The position numbers were made by a program, and so were the translations under genes. A stretch of 38,429 nucleotides of DNA. Source: Octopus bimaculoides. Its lineage: Eukaryota. Below, piece after piece: positions 1-9,996 of the stretch. The notes below the pieces were generated by a model. That model had not been told where the DNA came from, searched no databases, and saw only the letters and a list, made by a program, of their open reading frames with translations. The stretch lies in the NCBI RefSeq assembly GCF_001194135.2, contig NC_068999.1:26578227-26616655 (forward strand). Reading direction: 5' to 3'. Each line of letters opens with the position of its first letter. Position 1 is the first letter of the stretch.

Positions 1-879
1 CAGTATAATGAATTTGAAAGTGAAAATTAATTATGTGACCAAAATTAAACGATGCATTCATTACGTCAATATATAATTTAGATGTAACAAGGTTTGTCAT
101 ATTTTTCAAATGGTCTTTATATTAGCAATAGTTAACACTAACAAGGATAAGTACACCATATTCTTCATGGCATACACATGCCTACAAATTTACAATGGCA
201 AGCACTCTGAAAGTGACTAAAAGCAATCATAAAAAAAAAAAAATACTATTTTGGTAAGTAGATAATACTTACAATTTTGGTAGGCTCTACATAAAAGTTT
301 GTTCAGCTTTCAAAGGACCTTTCTAATTTCTAACAGAAACCATAAAGATAGATAGCTGAAGTTAGTCATCTTCAATTGAGCAGAATCTAAATTTAATAAA
401 AGAAACAAGAAAATCATGAACTGTATGGCATGATATGTTTTAAAGTTTTGTTTTTCAATATAAATCAATATCAGACAATTTTTTTAAAAACAAAATGAAA
501 AATATTTATTGCTTATAACATGTGAACATCATAGATTTTTACCCTGATAAAATACATCTTTCAAAAAGTATTGCTTTATGCAAAACAAATAAAAAGGACA
601 ACTTTAGAACGACATTTCTACATTTAGGTTGTCATTTAGTCTTCCTGGAAAATATTAGTGCTTGATGTAGATTGGGTCAGCCTATCTAGTAAAAAGGTAT
701 TCTAATCATGACCATCCTATCTTTTTAGATACTTCATCTCAGACTCTATAAGCCAATATCATTTATTTGAGATTGATTTAGTAGGTTGCGCAATCACACA
801 CACACAATAGTGATTTCAGAGTATTGCAAAATACAAATTTAACAAATATATTCACGCATACAAAATATATTGTATCAAC

Positions 880-1345
880 CAGAATTCTTATACACCACTG
901 GTCACAATGTGTTTCCAATTATTTCTTGATTGTACCTTTCTCTTTCCCCATCCCAGCATGGATACCACTCAGCAATTTCATGGGTCTACCTGTTGTCTGT
1001 GAATCTTGCAACATGCATGACCTAGTGGAACTTGTGCTTTTTGTATTGTGATCACGTCATTCACTCCACTCCTGAATTACCTCATTACAGATATATTCTC
1101 AAAACAATATTCTTAGCATGTATCTTTCCATAGCTCCTTATGTCATAACCAACAGATGTTCTTCCCTCAATGTAGTAGCTCATGTCTCGCTTCCATATAA
1201 GAGTGCAGGTAGGATGATGCTATTGAAGAGAAGCTTTGCTTTGAGCACATCTTTTATTAAAGTAAAAGTCTCCCATCTGGCCTCCTCATTCTCAAGATTT
1301 CAGCATCCCTACCTTAGCACATATTCACTGTGTGTTCTAAGTAGA
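880..1345 (-). mobile_element. Decayed RTE-clade LINE fragment (C-terminal RT region)
   Basis: Minus-strand translation gives IKDVLKAKLLFNSIILPALLYGSET* and HVARFTDNR*THEIAEWYP, matching the RTE LLYGSETW and GHVAR..DNRW..EW motifs; contains stops and frameshifts. Confidence 0.75.
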
Positions 1346-3790
1346 TCTGTTCCTTTACCTCCTCGATATGGAGACATATAGAGAAACTCCATCAAAAACT
1401 AGTTCGTCTTTCAAACCATCTAACTTTCCTGTGTAGATGTAGAGACTCAAAGCTAATATCACCTGGCTTGAATATAATGACACCAGTGAATTCACATAAA
1501 ACTAGAAGAATAGTGGAAAGGGCAGGACAAACCCTCGTCCATGAGAGGATCCATTACAACTGTTGGAAAAAATCAATTAAATAATGAAATCAAAGAGAGG
1601 TTATCTTCATTACTTAGGAAAATAACCAGAGATGATGATAGAAAGAGAATGCAACAAGATCTAGAAAAATTTTAAATGGTGAAGACATGCCAGATTAAGA
1701 AGTTTATGAAACACAAAGGTCAGAGAATGAAGACTGAAGTCCGTCACCTACCTGTGAAAGCAGTAATTAATATAAGTAGTCGACATCTAGAAAGCTCTGA
1801 AGAAGCAGTACTAAACAAAGGTCTCAACTTTGCAACAACCATCAAGCGTATTCCATACTTGGACATAATAGCCCCTATTGAAGAGATAGCCATAAAGATA
1901 CCAAAAGCTCAGGGAGATGAACTAAGATGGAAAGTGAGACAGGTGCTAGAAAAAGCGAAACTTCCCAAACCAAACATTACTAAGGAAGAAATGTTCGCTA
2001 TCAAAAGACAACAGAGTGACAATTCCATCATAATACTTTCAGCAGACAAGGGAAATGCTACAGTGGTGATGAACAAATCTGACTACTCGGAAAAACTGGC
2101 AAGTCTTATAAGTGATGGTAGCTACAGCAAAGTAAAGAAAGACCCTACTTTGAAAACAGAGAGGAAGTTGTCACAGATCTTGATCAAGAACAAGGATCAC
2201 TTTACACCAATGAAGTACAGACAACTGACTCAACACTACAGTATACTAACCACACATGTACGGTCTTCCTAAGATTCACAAAGTTGGTATTCCATTAAGA
2301 CCCACAGTAAGCTGTAGAGGTTCAGCATGTCATCCACTGAGCCGCTTCCTTGTGGATATAATCAGTCCATTAGCAGGAAAGTCAACACCATATGTGAAGA
2401 ATTCCACCCACTTCACAGAACTGATCAAGGATAACGCCACTGAATCCAACCAGATGGTGAGTCTAGATGTGATAAGTCTGTTCACCAAAGTCCCAACTGG
2501 TGAAGCACCATTGGTGATGCAAGAAAAACTAGTGATAGACACTCACCTAAAAGAACGCACTAGTATACCAATAAGAAACTTGATGGAAATGTTGACCTTC
2601 TGTGTAGAAACTACCTACTTCAGTATGGACACAGATATATATCAACAAGAAGAGGTTTTAGCTATGGGTTAACCATTATCACCGATAATAGCCAATATAT
2701 ACATGGAATACTTTGAAAATTTAGCTTTAGGATGAACACCACTAAAACCAACCTTATGGCTGCGATATGTTGATGACACCTTCATACTCTGGCCGCACCA
2801 GGAAGATGTCCAAGTGCTGTTAGATCATGAGAACTCAATAAAGCCATCCATACAGTTCACAATGGAAAAAGAAAAAGACAATCAGCTGGCATTCCTGGAC
2901 GTATTAATAACACGCACCAAGTATGGATTCAGAACATCCGTATACTGCAAGCCGACCTTTACTGGACGATACCTCAACTTCAATTCCTATCATCCATACA
3001 GTGTAAAGAGAGGGATTGCTCAGTGCCTAAAACATTGAGCAATGAATATAAGTAGTGATCGTGATACCTACCATGAAGAAATGATCAAGCTCAGTAACAA
3101 TTTTTTTAGCAACAACTACCCCAAAAGTATACTATCCACTCCAATTATGAAGAAGAGAGAGGATGAGGCCAATAAACTGTCCACAGTCTGTCTACTCTAT
3201 GTGAAAGGCCTCTCCCCGAAAAGATACAAAAGATATGTGGCCCATATGACATCAGGACAGTATTCAAAAGTAATACAACACTTCACAAATATCTCCTTCG
3301 AGTAAAATCACCAATAGAAGAGAATATGACTAAGAGCTGTGTGTACTCCATCCCATGCAGGCGAAATATGCCACCCCCTCAAAATAAGAGTAGAGGAACA
3401 TCGCAAAGCTGTGACACGGGGAGATAAATCGGGAATAGCTGATCAGGTATGGAAAAATGGAGACTACCTCCCCCTGTGGGATGAAGTTAAAATAATAGAC
3501 AGAGAACACCCCTGGAAAATACGAAAACTAAAAGAAGCAGCACATATGCTAGGACACAACAACCTCTTAAGTAGACTGAGTGCAGATATGAATAGCATAT
3601 AGGAACTGGTATTAAGTAAGGATAGGAGAATATTAGATTTATAAGCTCTAAAATTCACTTCATAATTGCCTACGGGCATATGGCGTAGTGGTCTATTAGC
3701 CGAAACGTGTTAACAACAAACAAGATGAGGACAAATATCCGTCAATTGTAAATAATATAAATAATTCCTCATCTCTTAACTATAGAACTA
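1346..3790 (+). mobile_element. Penelope-like retroelement (Penelope/Poseidon type), near full ORF, pseudogenised RT plus GIY-YIG endonuclease
   Basis: Frameshifted ORF pieces: NHLTFLCRCRDSKLISPGL, VLNKGLNF, ILSADKGNATVVMN, YGLPKIHK, PLRP, SLDVISLF, MG*PLSP, WLRYVDD (YVDD 2766-2777), FLDV, TGRYLNFNSYHP, then VYSIPC and PLKIRVEEH...EAAHM (GIY-YIG with the YIG half deleted). 3' terminal segment at 3670-3790. Confidence 0.9.
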
Positions 3791-4279
3791 TATATAAAAG
3801 GATGTTACAGAGATAGAGAAAAAAGTTAAATAGCATAAAACAGGTACAAGTCTATAGATATACATAGAATGGTATACAAAGACTCTGGTGGTGGTCCATT
3901 TTGGCAAGACATTATTTAGAAAATACTGACAGAAAGAGCATATTAAAATTGCCATAGTGAGTGTGCTAGGCACAGATGTAGCAATGATAGGCACCTCTTG
4001 CAGAGAGTTTATACCCATGCCGACACATGCCTTCATTCTATCATGGAATTTTCCAGCCATGTCCAGGTGCGTTATGCAATACAATAGAGATGTTAAAAAT
4101 AAATGATTCCTAAGCATGAAGCTTTTTGAAGTGAGAAAAGTCCCACTTTCTAAACATATCTCCCCTAAAGCAAAACACCTGTTCCTGACCCTTATCACAC
4201 TTTAGCATTTCATCCTCTGGCATAAAACCACCACCCTCAATATTACTTCCCTCACCTCAGTTGAATGGTCTAGTGCCAA

Positions 4280-4446
4280 TACCATGTAAAAATCATGCAG
4301 TACCCTGTAAAGTGGTTGATGGCATCCAGCTGTAGAAACCATGCCAAAGCAGATACTGGAGCTTGGTGTAGTCTTCTAGCTTGCCAGATCCTATTGAACT
4401 CGCCAGCTCATGCCAGCACAAAAATGGACATTAAATGATGATGATG
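4280..4446 (+). mobile_element. RTE-type 3' tail ending in (GAT)n
   Basis: ggcatccagctgtagaaaccatgccaaag...catgccagc...ggacattaaatgatgatgatg, the same tail as the RTE copies at 5330-5481 and 9997-10170. Confidence 0.7.
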
Positions 4447-4692
4447 TATGCAAAGTAAGCCACAGATGTAACACCAGAATTTTCCTTCAAGAGAGATATC
4501 TGAAGAAAGATAGTGTTCTTCACTCTCAACTGTTGGATGGTTGATGACTCTACCGAGTTTATCCATCCTTTGAGAGATTTTTTTGTGTTCTGCAAAGAGT
4601 TCAACAAAAACCACCCTTCTTACCAAGTAGGCTTGGTATGTATATACATATATGCACACATATGTAAACATATATCCATTCATACACACATA

Positions 4693-5481
4693 ATAGTTAG
4701 AATAAGAATAGGATGGAGGAATTTCAGAGAGCTTTTACCTCTGTTGGCTATGAAAGGTTTCTCTCTCTAAGTGAAAAGCAGATTGTATGATGCATGTATA
4801 CAGACAGCAATTCTACATGGTAGTGAGACGTGAGCTTTGAATGTAGAGGACATGCAAAGGTTAGAGAGAAATGAGGCTAGTATGCTCTGCTGGATGTGTA
4901 GTATAAGTGTACATGTCAGAGTGCTAGTGCATTGAGAGAGAAGTTAGGCATAAGAGGAATTAGATGCAGTGAGCAAAAGAGAAGACTGTGCTGGTTTGGT
5001 CATGTGATGTGGATGCTGACAGCTTCATAAAGAAGTGCCGATCTCTCAAAGTAGATGGAACACATGGTAGTGGGAGACTTAGGAAGACATTGGATGAAGT
5101 ACTGAAGAATGACCTCAAGATGCTGAATTTTTTAGGTGAGATGACAAAGGACTGAGATGCCTTGTGACTTACTGTATTCAAGAAGACTTTTACCCCAACA
5201 GTAGAAGCAATAAGGTCACTCCCACTGGTGAAGATAATTAGCCTGCAAGTGTCTTGTTTCAGTGCTATGTAAAAAAACACATGTCGGTGTCATGTGAAAG
5301 CACTTGTGCAGTGCCATGTAAAAGCACCCAGTGCACTCTGTAAAGTGGTTGGTGTTAGGAAGGGCATCCAGCCATAGAATCCAAGCCAAATCAGACTGGA
5401 GCCTGGTGCAGCTCTCCAGCTTAGGTCAAACCATCCAACCAGCATGGACAATGAATGTTAAATGATGATGATGATGATGAT
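4693..5481 (+). mobile_element. 5'-truncated, decayed RTE LINE (RT C-terminus, 3' UTR and (GAT)n tail)
   Basis: VRIRIGWRNFRELLPLL, LHGSET*, WFGHVM and GRLRKT motifs with stops; homologous to the younger copy at 9997-12063; ends in a gatgatgat tail. Confidence 0.85.
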
Positions 5482-5490
5482 ACACACACA

Positions 5491-5960
5491 GAGTGTAGAA
5501 AGGTTGCTTCACAATCATGTTTTTGGGTTCAGTCCCACAGCATAGTAACTTCTGCAAATGTTTTCTATGGTAGCTCTGAGCTGATCAAAGCTCATGAGTG
5601 GATTTGGGAGATAAACTAAAAAAACCTGTTTGTATGTACATGTATATATATATATGTTTGTGTGTGTGTGTGTGTGTTTGTATGTATATGTATATATGTG
5701 TGTGTGTGTGTGTGTCTCTCGTCTTGACATCGTATGATAGCTGTAAATGAGTGTCACAGGGATATAAACAGTGTCATTCATTTCCAATATTCTGTGAAAA
5801 CATGTCTGGTGAGAGGGAAATAATATCTTGCTTGGAATCAAGTGAGGGTTGGCAACAGGAAGGGCATCCTGCTGTAGAAAATCTGCTTTAATAAACTCTG
5901 TCCTGCTCATGCAAGTATAGAAAAATGAATGTTAAAAAAAAAAAACCAATGATGATGATA
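5491..5960 (+). mobile_element. tRNA-derived SINE with internal TA/TG microsatellite and RTE-like 3' tail
   Basis: B-box-like gggttcagtccca head, body shared with the SINE copies near 8100-8200 and 33900-34010, and a 3' end ggaagggcatcctgctgtagaaa...gatgatgat shared with the RTE tails. Confidence 0.7.
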
Positions 5961-5988
5961 TACATTCATGTGCACACACACATACTAC

Positions 5989-6703
5989 CATCATCACTTA
6001 CCATCTGCTTTCCATGGTACGGGATGGACAGTTAGACAAGAAACTGGTGAGCTGCAGGGCTGCTTCAGGCTCTTATGTCATCTTTGCCATGGTTTTTATG
6101 GCTGGATGCCTTTCTTAAAGCCAACCACTTTACAGAGTGTACCAGGTGCCTTTTATGTGCCACTAGCACAAGTGAGGTTGCTATTAAGCTTGCAAGACAT
6201 ACAAAAACAGAGAAAAAGGAAAGGGAAAAAGTCTCATAACGAGGAGGAAGGTAGAGGGGGGGGGCAAAGGTGCACGATAGAGGGGCAAGCACAAGTGTTT
6301 TGCTATAGAGGAGATAACAGAAAGGTAGTGATGGGGTGCTAGAGCAAACAAGAGGGTAAGCATAAGAAAAGATACAGATGAAGGGTCATGGGAGGAGATG
6401 AAAGAATGTGTAGATGCTTTCATAAGAGTGTGGGAGGGGAATAAACAGATGGAGGAAGAGGTTAAAGGTTAATGTGAGTGATGAGCAAGGGTGGGAGTGA
6501 AGATGATGGGAAATATCAGAATGGAAAGGGGGTAAGATGGGAGACATAGGAATGACTCAAGAAAGAGAATAGAAAGGAATGTGCAAGGTGTAGGAGCAGT
6601 GGAGAGGGAGGGGCTATAGTAGGAGAGTGGGTCATGACGGTAGATATGAGAGGGCATTGAGAATGATAGCAAGGTAAGAGAACAGTTTAGAATGGAGTAG
6701 AGC

Positions 6704-6752
<49 letters not shown>

Positions 6753-6930
6753 CAGTAGCTGAAGGTAGAGAAAGGAGGTGGGGGTGATTGGTTAGAATAG
6801 TATGGGTAAGGATGATAAGTTATGTTAAGGATGGTATGGGATATAATATTTGCTAATTCTTCTCTCAGGAACATTCAGCAATCAAGTAATGTCATGAAAG
6901 GAGAGGAATGAAAATAGGGGGAGGGGAGAT
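5989..6930 (-). mobile_element. RTE-tail-bearing non-autonomous element with purine-rich (+ strand) body
   Basis: catcatca followed by the reverse complement of the RTE tail (atggctggatgcc...aaccacttt) to about 6230, then GA-rich low-complexity sequence. Confidence 0.55.
6706..6745. repeat. (AG)n microsatellite
   Basis: Run of about 20 GA units seen directly. Confidence 0.95.
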
Positions 6931-6969
6931 AGGACTTCACTTATATGTATAAGCATAACAAAGTCGTTT

Positions 6970-7330
6970 TAAGACACCATTTTTGTTGTAATGGAGCGGT
7001 CTTCTTAAGCACAGCAAAATGTCAATCATCCTGGGCCATTTGTCATCTCTTCTATAAGGCTCAGCATCCGGACATCAGCCTTCGTCTCATGTCTTCCTCT
7101 TCCACAAGTTCCATCTACTTTAAGTGATTGACATTCCTTTATGCAACTGTCCTTATCCATATGCATCACATCTTTTCTAATTCTGTTACAGATTCCGCTA
7201 TGAGAGCAAGATCACCAGCATATTATAGTTCCCGAGGGTAGACGGTCTTAAATCCCTCTTATGATCTGGAGAACAATGATGAATGGGAGGGGAAATGAGA
7301 ACTGAGCCCTGGTGCAGTATATGTTGCCAT
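6970..7330 (-). mobile_element. Internally deleted, decayed RTE LINE fragment
   Basis: Minus strand reads LHQGSVL, PLPFIIVLQ, YAGDLALIAESVTELEK (degenerate YADD region), joined to VDGTCGRGR and the downstream C-terminus. Confidence 0.7.
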
Positions 7331-7719
7331 CATCACCACACAGAGTAACCCATGGATAATCACTGCTCTATCTATAATTACCTCTTTGCAATGGAGGTAA
7401 GTATGAATACTTACTGCCACGTATTCTACTGTGGGATTATAAGTGCTTGACTACACTTGAGATGGTTGTGAAATCTCGATCGTCATTTGCTTCAAGTCTG
7501 AAGCACTATCAGTGATACATGCTAAAGAAAAGTCTATACCACGTGAAGTAGAGTCTAAAGTGGATCACATCAAAATTTAACTGGTCCTCCTATAATTTTC
7601 CAGGTCATAACAGAAAAGTTTAAGAGCAGCTATGTATGGGAACTTCTGTGAACTGAATAAGTTCTTATAGTTGAATCTGTAGATATACAGAATAAATTCC
7701 AGACATAGAAGCAAAACCT

Positions 7720-8215
7720 AGAATTCATTGAGGCAAAGTTTTCTACAGCTAAATGCCCACCCTGTCATCAACTCTCACCTATTTCCAAGCGAGGTAAAAT
7801 TTGCTCATGAGCAGACAGGTTTTTGACAGATGACTGGAAACAAACAATATCACTTGTATGATGATAACATTCATTTATAAGCATCACATGATGTCAAGAC
7901 AAGGGTACACATGTACACACATTTCATCTCAAATTGTTTCAGTCATCGGACTGTGGCTGAGCTGGGGTACCACCTCGATACTTATTTTCTATAAGCCCAG
8001 TACTTTTACTACTGGTCTCTTATGCTGAACTGCCAAATTACAGGGATGTAAACAAAGCACACCAGTTACCAAACACATACACGACAAACTTCGTTCAGTT
8101 TGGCTACCAAATCCACTCACAAGCTTTGGTCAGCCTGGAGCTACAGTAGAAGATACCTGCCCCAGGTGCCACACATTTGGACTGAGTCTGGAACGATATG
8201 GTTGGGAAAGACCAA
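7720..8215 (-). mobile_element. Decayed tRNA-derived SINE copies
   Basis: Reverse complement matches the SINE at 5491-5960 (ccaaatccactcacaagctttggtcagcc; gatgtcaagac) and the SINE 3' end at 9332-9437 (gtttcagtcat). Confidence 0.6.
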
Positions 8216-9156
8216 GTGTAAATGAGCTAAGGTCATTTTATTCTCTATCAGCTTTTATCAACTATACATTACCTTTAACACTATTATAATTTTCATTAGT
8301 TTCAGATCAACCCTGATCAAGGAGATCTACAATCAAGACATTTCAGTCATGACTGTCTCCCCCTTCTCCCAGATACAGAATGTTTAAGACTACATATGCA
8401 ATGTGTCAGATCTGGCTAGTATTTCTAGTAGGCAAAGTAATCATATAGAGACTGCTGAAGGAAAGCAAGCCATGTTGGACCTCAGTCCATCTTGACAGAT
8501 GATGACATGTCCCTAGTTTATATGACCATATTTATAGATTTTCACCCAGAAATACAATCAAAGTCATAGGATTGTCAGTTCTAGTGAACTGCTTGGATTC
8601 CATTTAGTGGTGTGTCATTTTTTTAAGTTCAAAGAGTTGTGGTGAGGTTAGTAGTTCTTCCACTAGTAGATCAATAAAATTGATTTGATTGAGCAGGGAG
8701 TGAAAGAGCTCTGTTTAATGATTCAAGTATATTACTCTTACCCATTGATCAAGATTTTTGTCTATCAGAAGAATATACTGAGATACAGGTTGCAAAGATC
8801 AATAAATGGTTTTGAACAGACAAAACCTGTGAGTTTGTTTCCATCTGCATATTTCTGTACTTTCTACCTTCCATTTTTTTTTCTTTCTGACTTTCATTTC
8901 CAATAGTTGAAGATTTCACTGAATTTTTGATCACTGTTGATGCTATAATTGTAAAAATCTGTCTGAGGAAGGATTCACCAGGTGAACCCTAGGAAATTTA
9001 CTTTTCTCTGCTGGCAGTAGAAGGACTGGTCTTTAAATTCTTTAAGATCAACTTTTTACTCAAACAAAGGGCTTAAAAAACTGCTACAACTTATCTGCTG
9101 CATCTTGCTCTGAGTTTTAAATTCAAAGCATGTACTAACATGCATGTGTACGTACA

Positions 9157-9196
<40 letters not shown>

Positions 9197-9291
9197 NNNN
9201 NNNNNNNNNNNNNNNNNNNNNNNNNNNNNNNNNNNNNNNNNNNNNNNNNNNNNNNNNNNNNNNNNNNNNNNNNNNNNNNNNNNNNNNNNNN
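9197..9291. other. Assembly gap (95 N) between (CA)n and (TA)n microsatellites
   Basis: N run flanked by simple repeats. Confidence 0.98.
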
Positions 9292-9331
9292 NTATATATA
9301 TATATATATGTATACATACATATATATATAT

Positions 9332-9437
9332 ACTCTTTTACTTGTTTCAGTCATTTGACTGCAGCCATGCTGGAGTACCGTCTTTTTAGTCGAGCAAATT
9401 GACCCCAGAGCTTATTCTTTGTAAGCCTAGTACTTAT
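9332..9437 (-). mobile_element. SINE 3' end fragment
   Basis: ctcttttacttgtttcagtcatttgactgcagccatgctggag...gtaagcctagtactta, the recalled cephalopod SINE 3' end, also present decayed near 7930-8010. Confidence 0.6.
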
Positions 9438-9996
9438 ATAAATACACACACACACACATCTTCACCTTTTTGATGCGACTCTTCTCTATACTGTTTTCTT
9501 CCTCCATCCTCCTCTAATTCCTTTTTCTCCCCCTCCCTCCTTCACTGTTTTCTATCTCTCTCTCTCCCTTTCATTGTTCACACGTGACCACCGTCCATCT
9601 TTCTTTTCCTGTACAGACGTTTTTTCTTCTCTCTTCTATCTTTTCTCTTTTCAAAAAAATGTTTCTCATAGCGTTCACTATTTTCCTCTCGTTCTGGTCT
9701 AACGACCCTCCATGTTTGTTTTCATTCAGTTTCCTTGTATGTCTCAACTGCCATGTTTTTGTTCCCAACTTTGACCCTCCATAAATCCTAAATTTTATTT
9801 TAGAATTTATGGGAGCAACTGTCTTTAAAGACTCATACTGTCCTTGAATGCTCGAAGTGCAGAGTAAATAGACAGCCGACAACTGATGAAGGGTCCTTTC
9901 TCTGTGTTTACTTGGTCTGTTTTCTATTTTTTTCACAGTGGAACTGAATCTGATTGGAAACATGACTGGGAAGCAAACTTTAGCTACATAGCCATA

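Noticed and set aside
5515-6874. Several 60-130 aa ORFs
   Set aside because: They are translations of SINE, microsatellite and purine-rich repeat sequence.
8600-9000. Possible minus-strand exon (donor at about 8748) or old CR1/L2 RT (YADGNKL)
   Set aside because: All frames contain stops and the motif matches are too weak to call.
9883-9961. CTGATGA followed by GAAAC as a hammerhead ribozyme
   Set aside because: No stem II closes the core (no C before GAAA to pair) and no stem I or III is evident.
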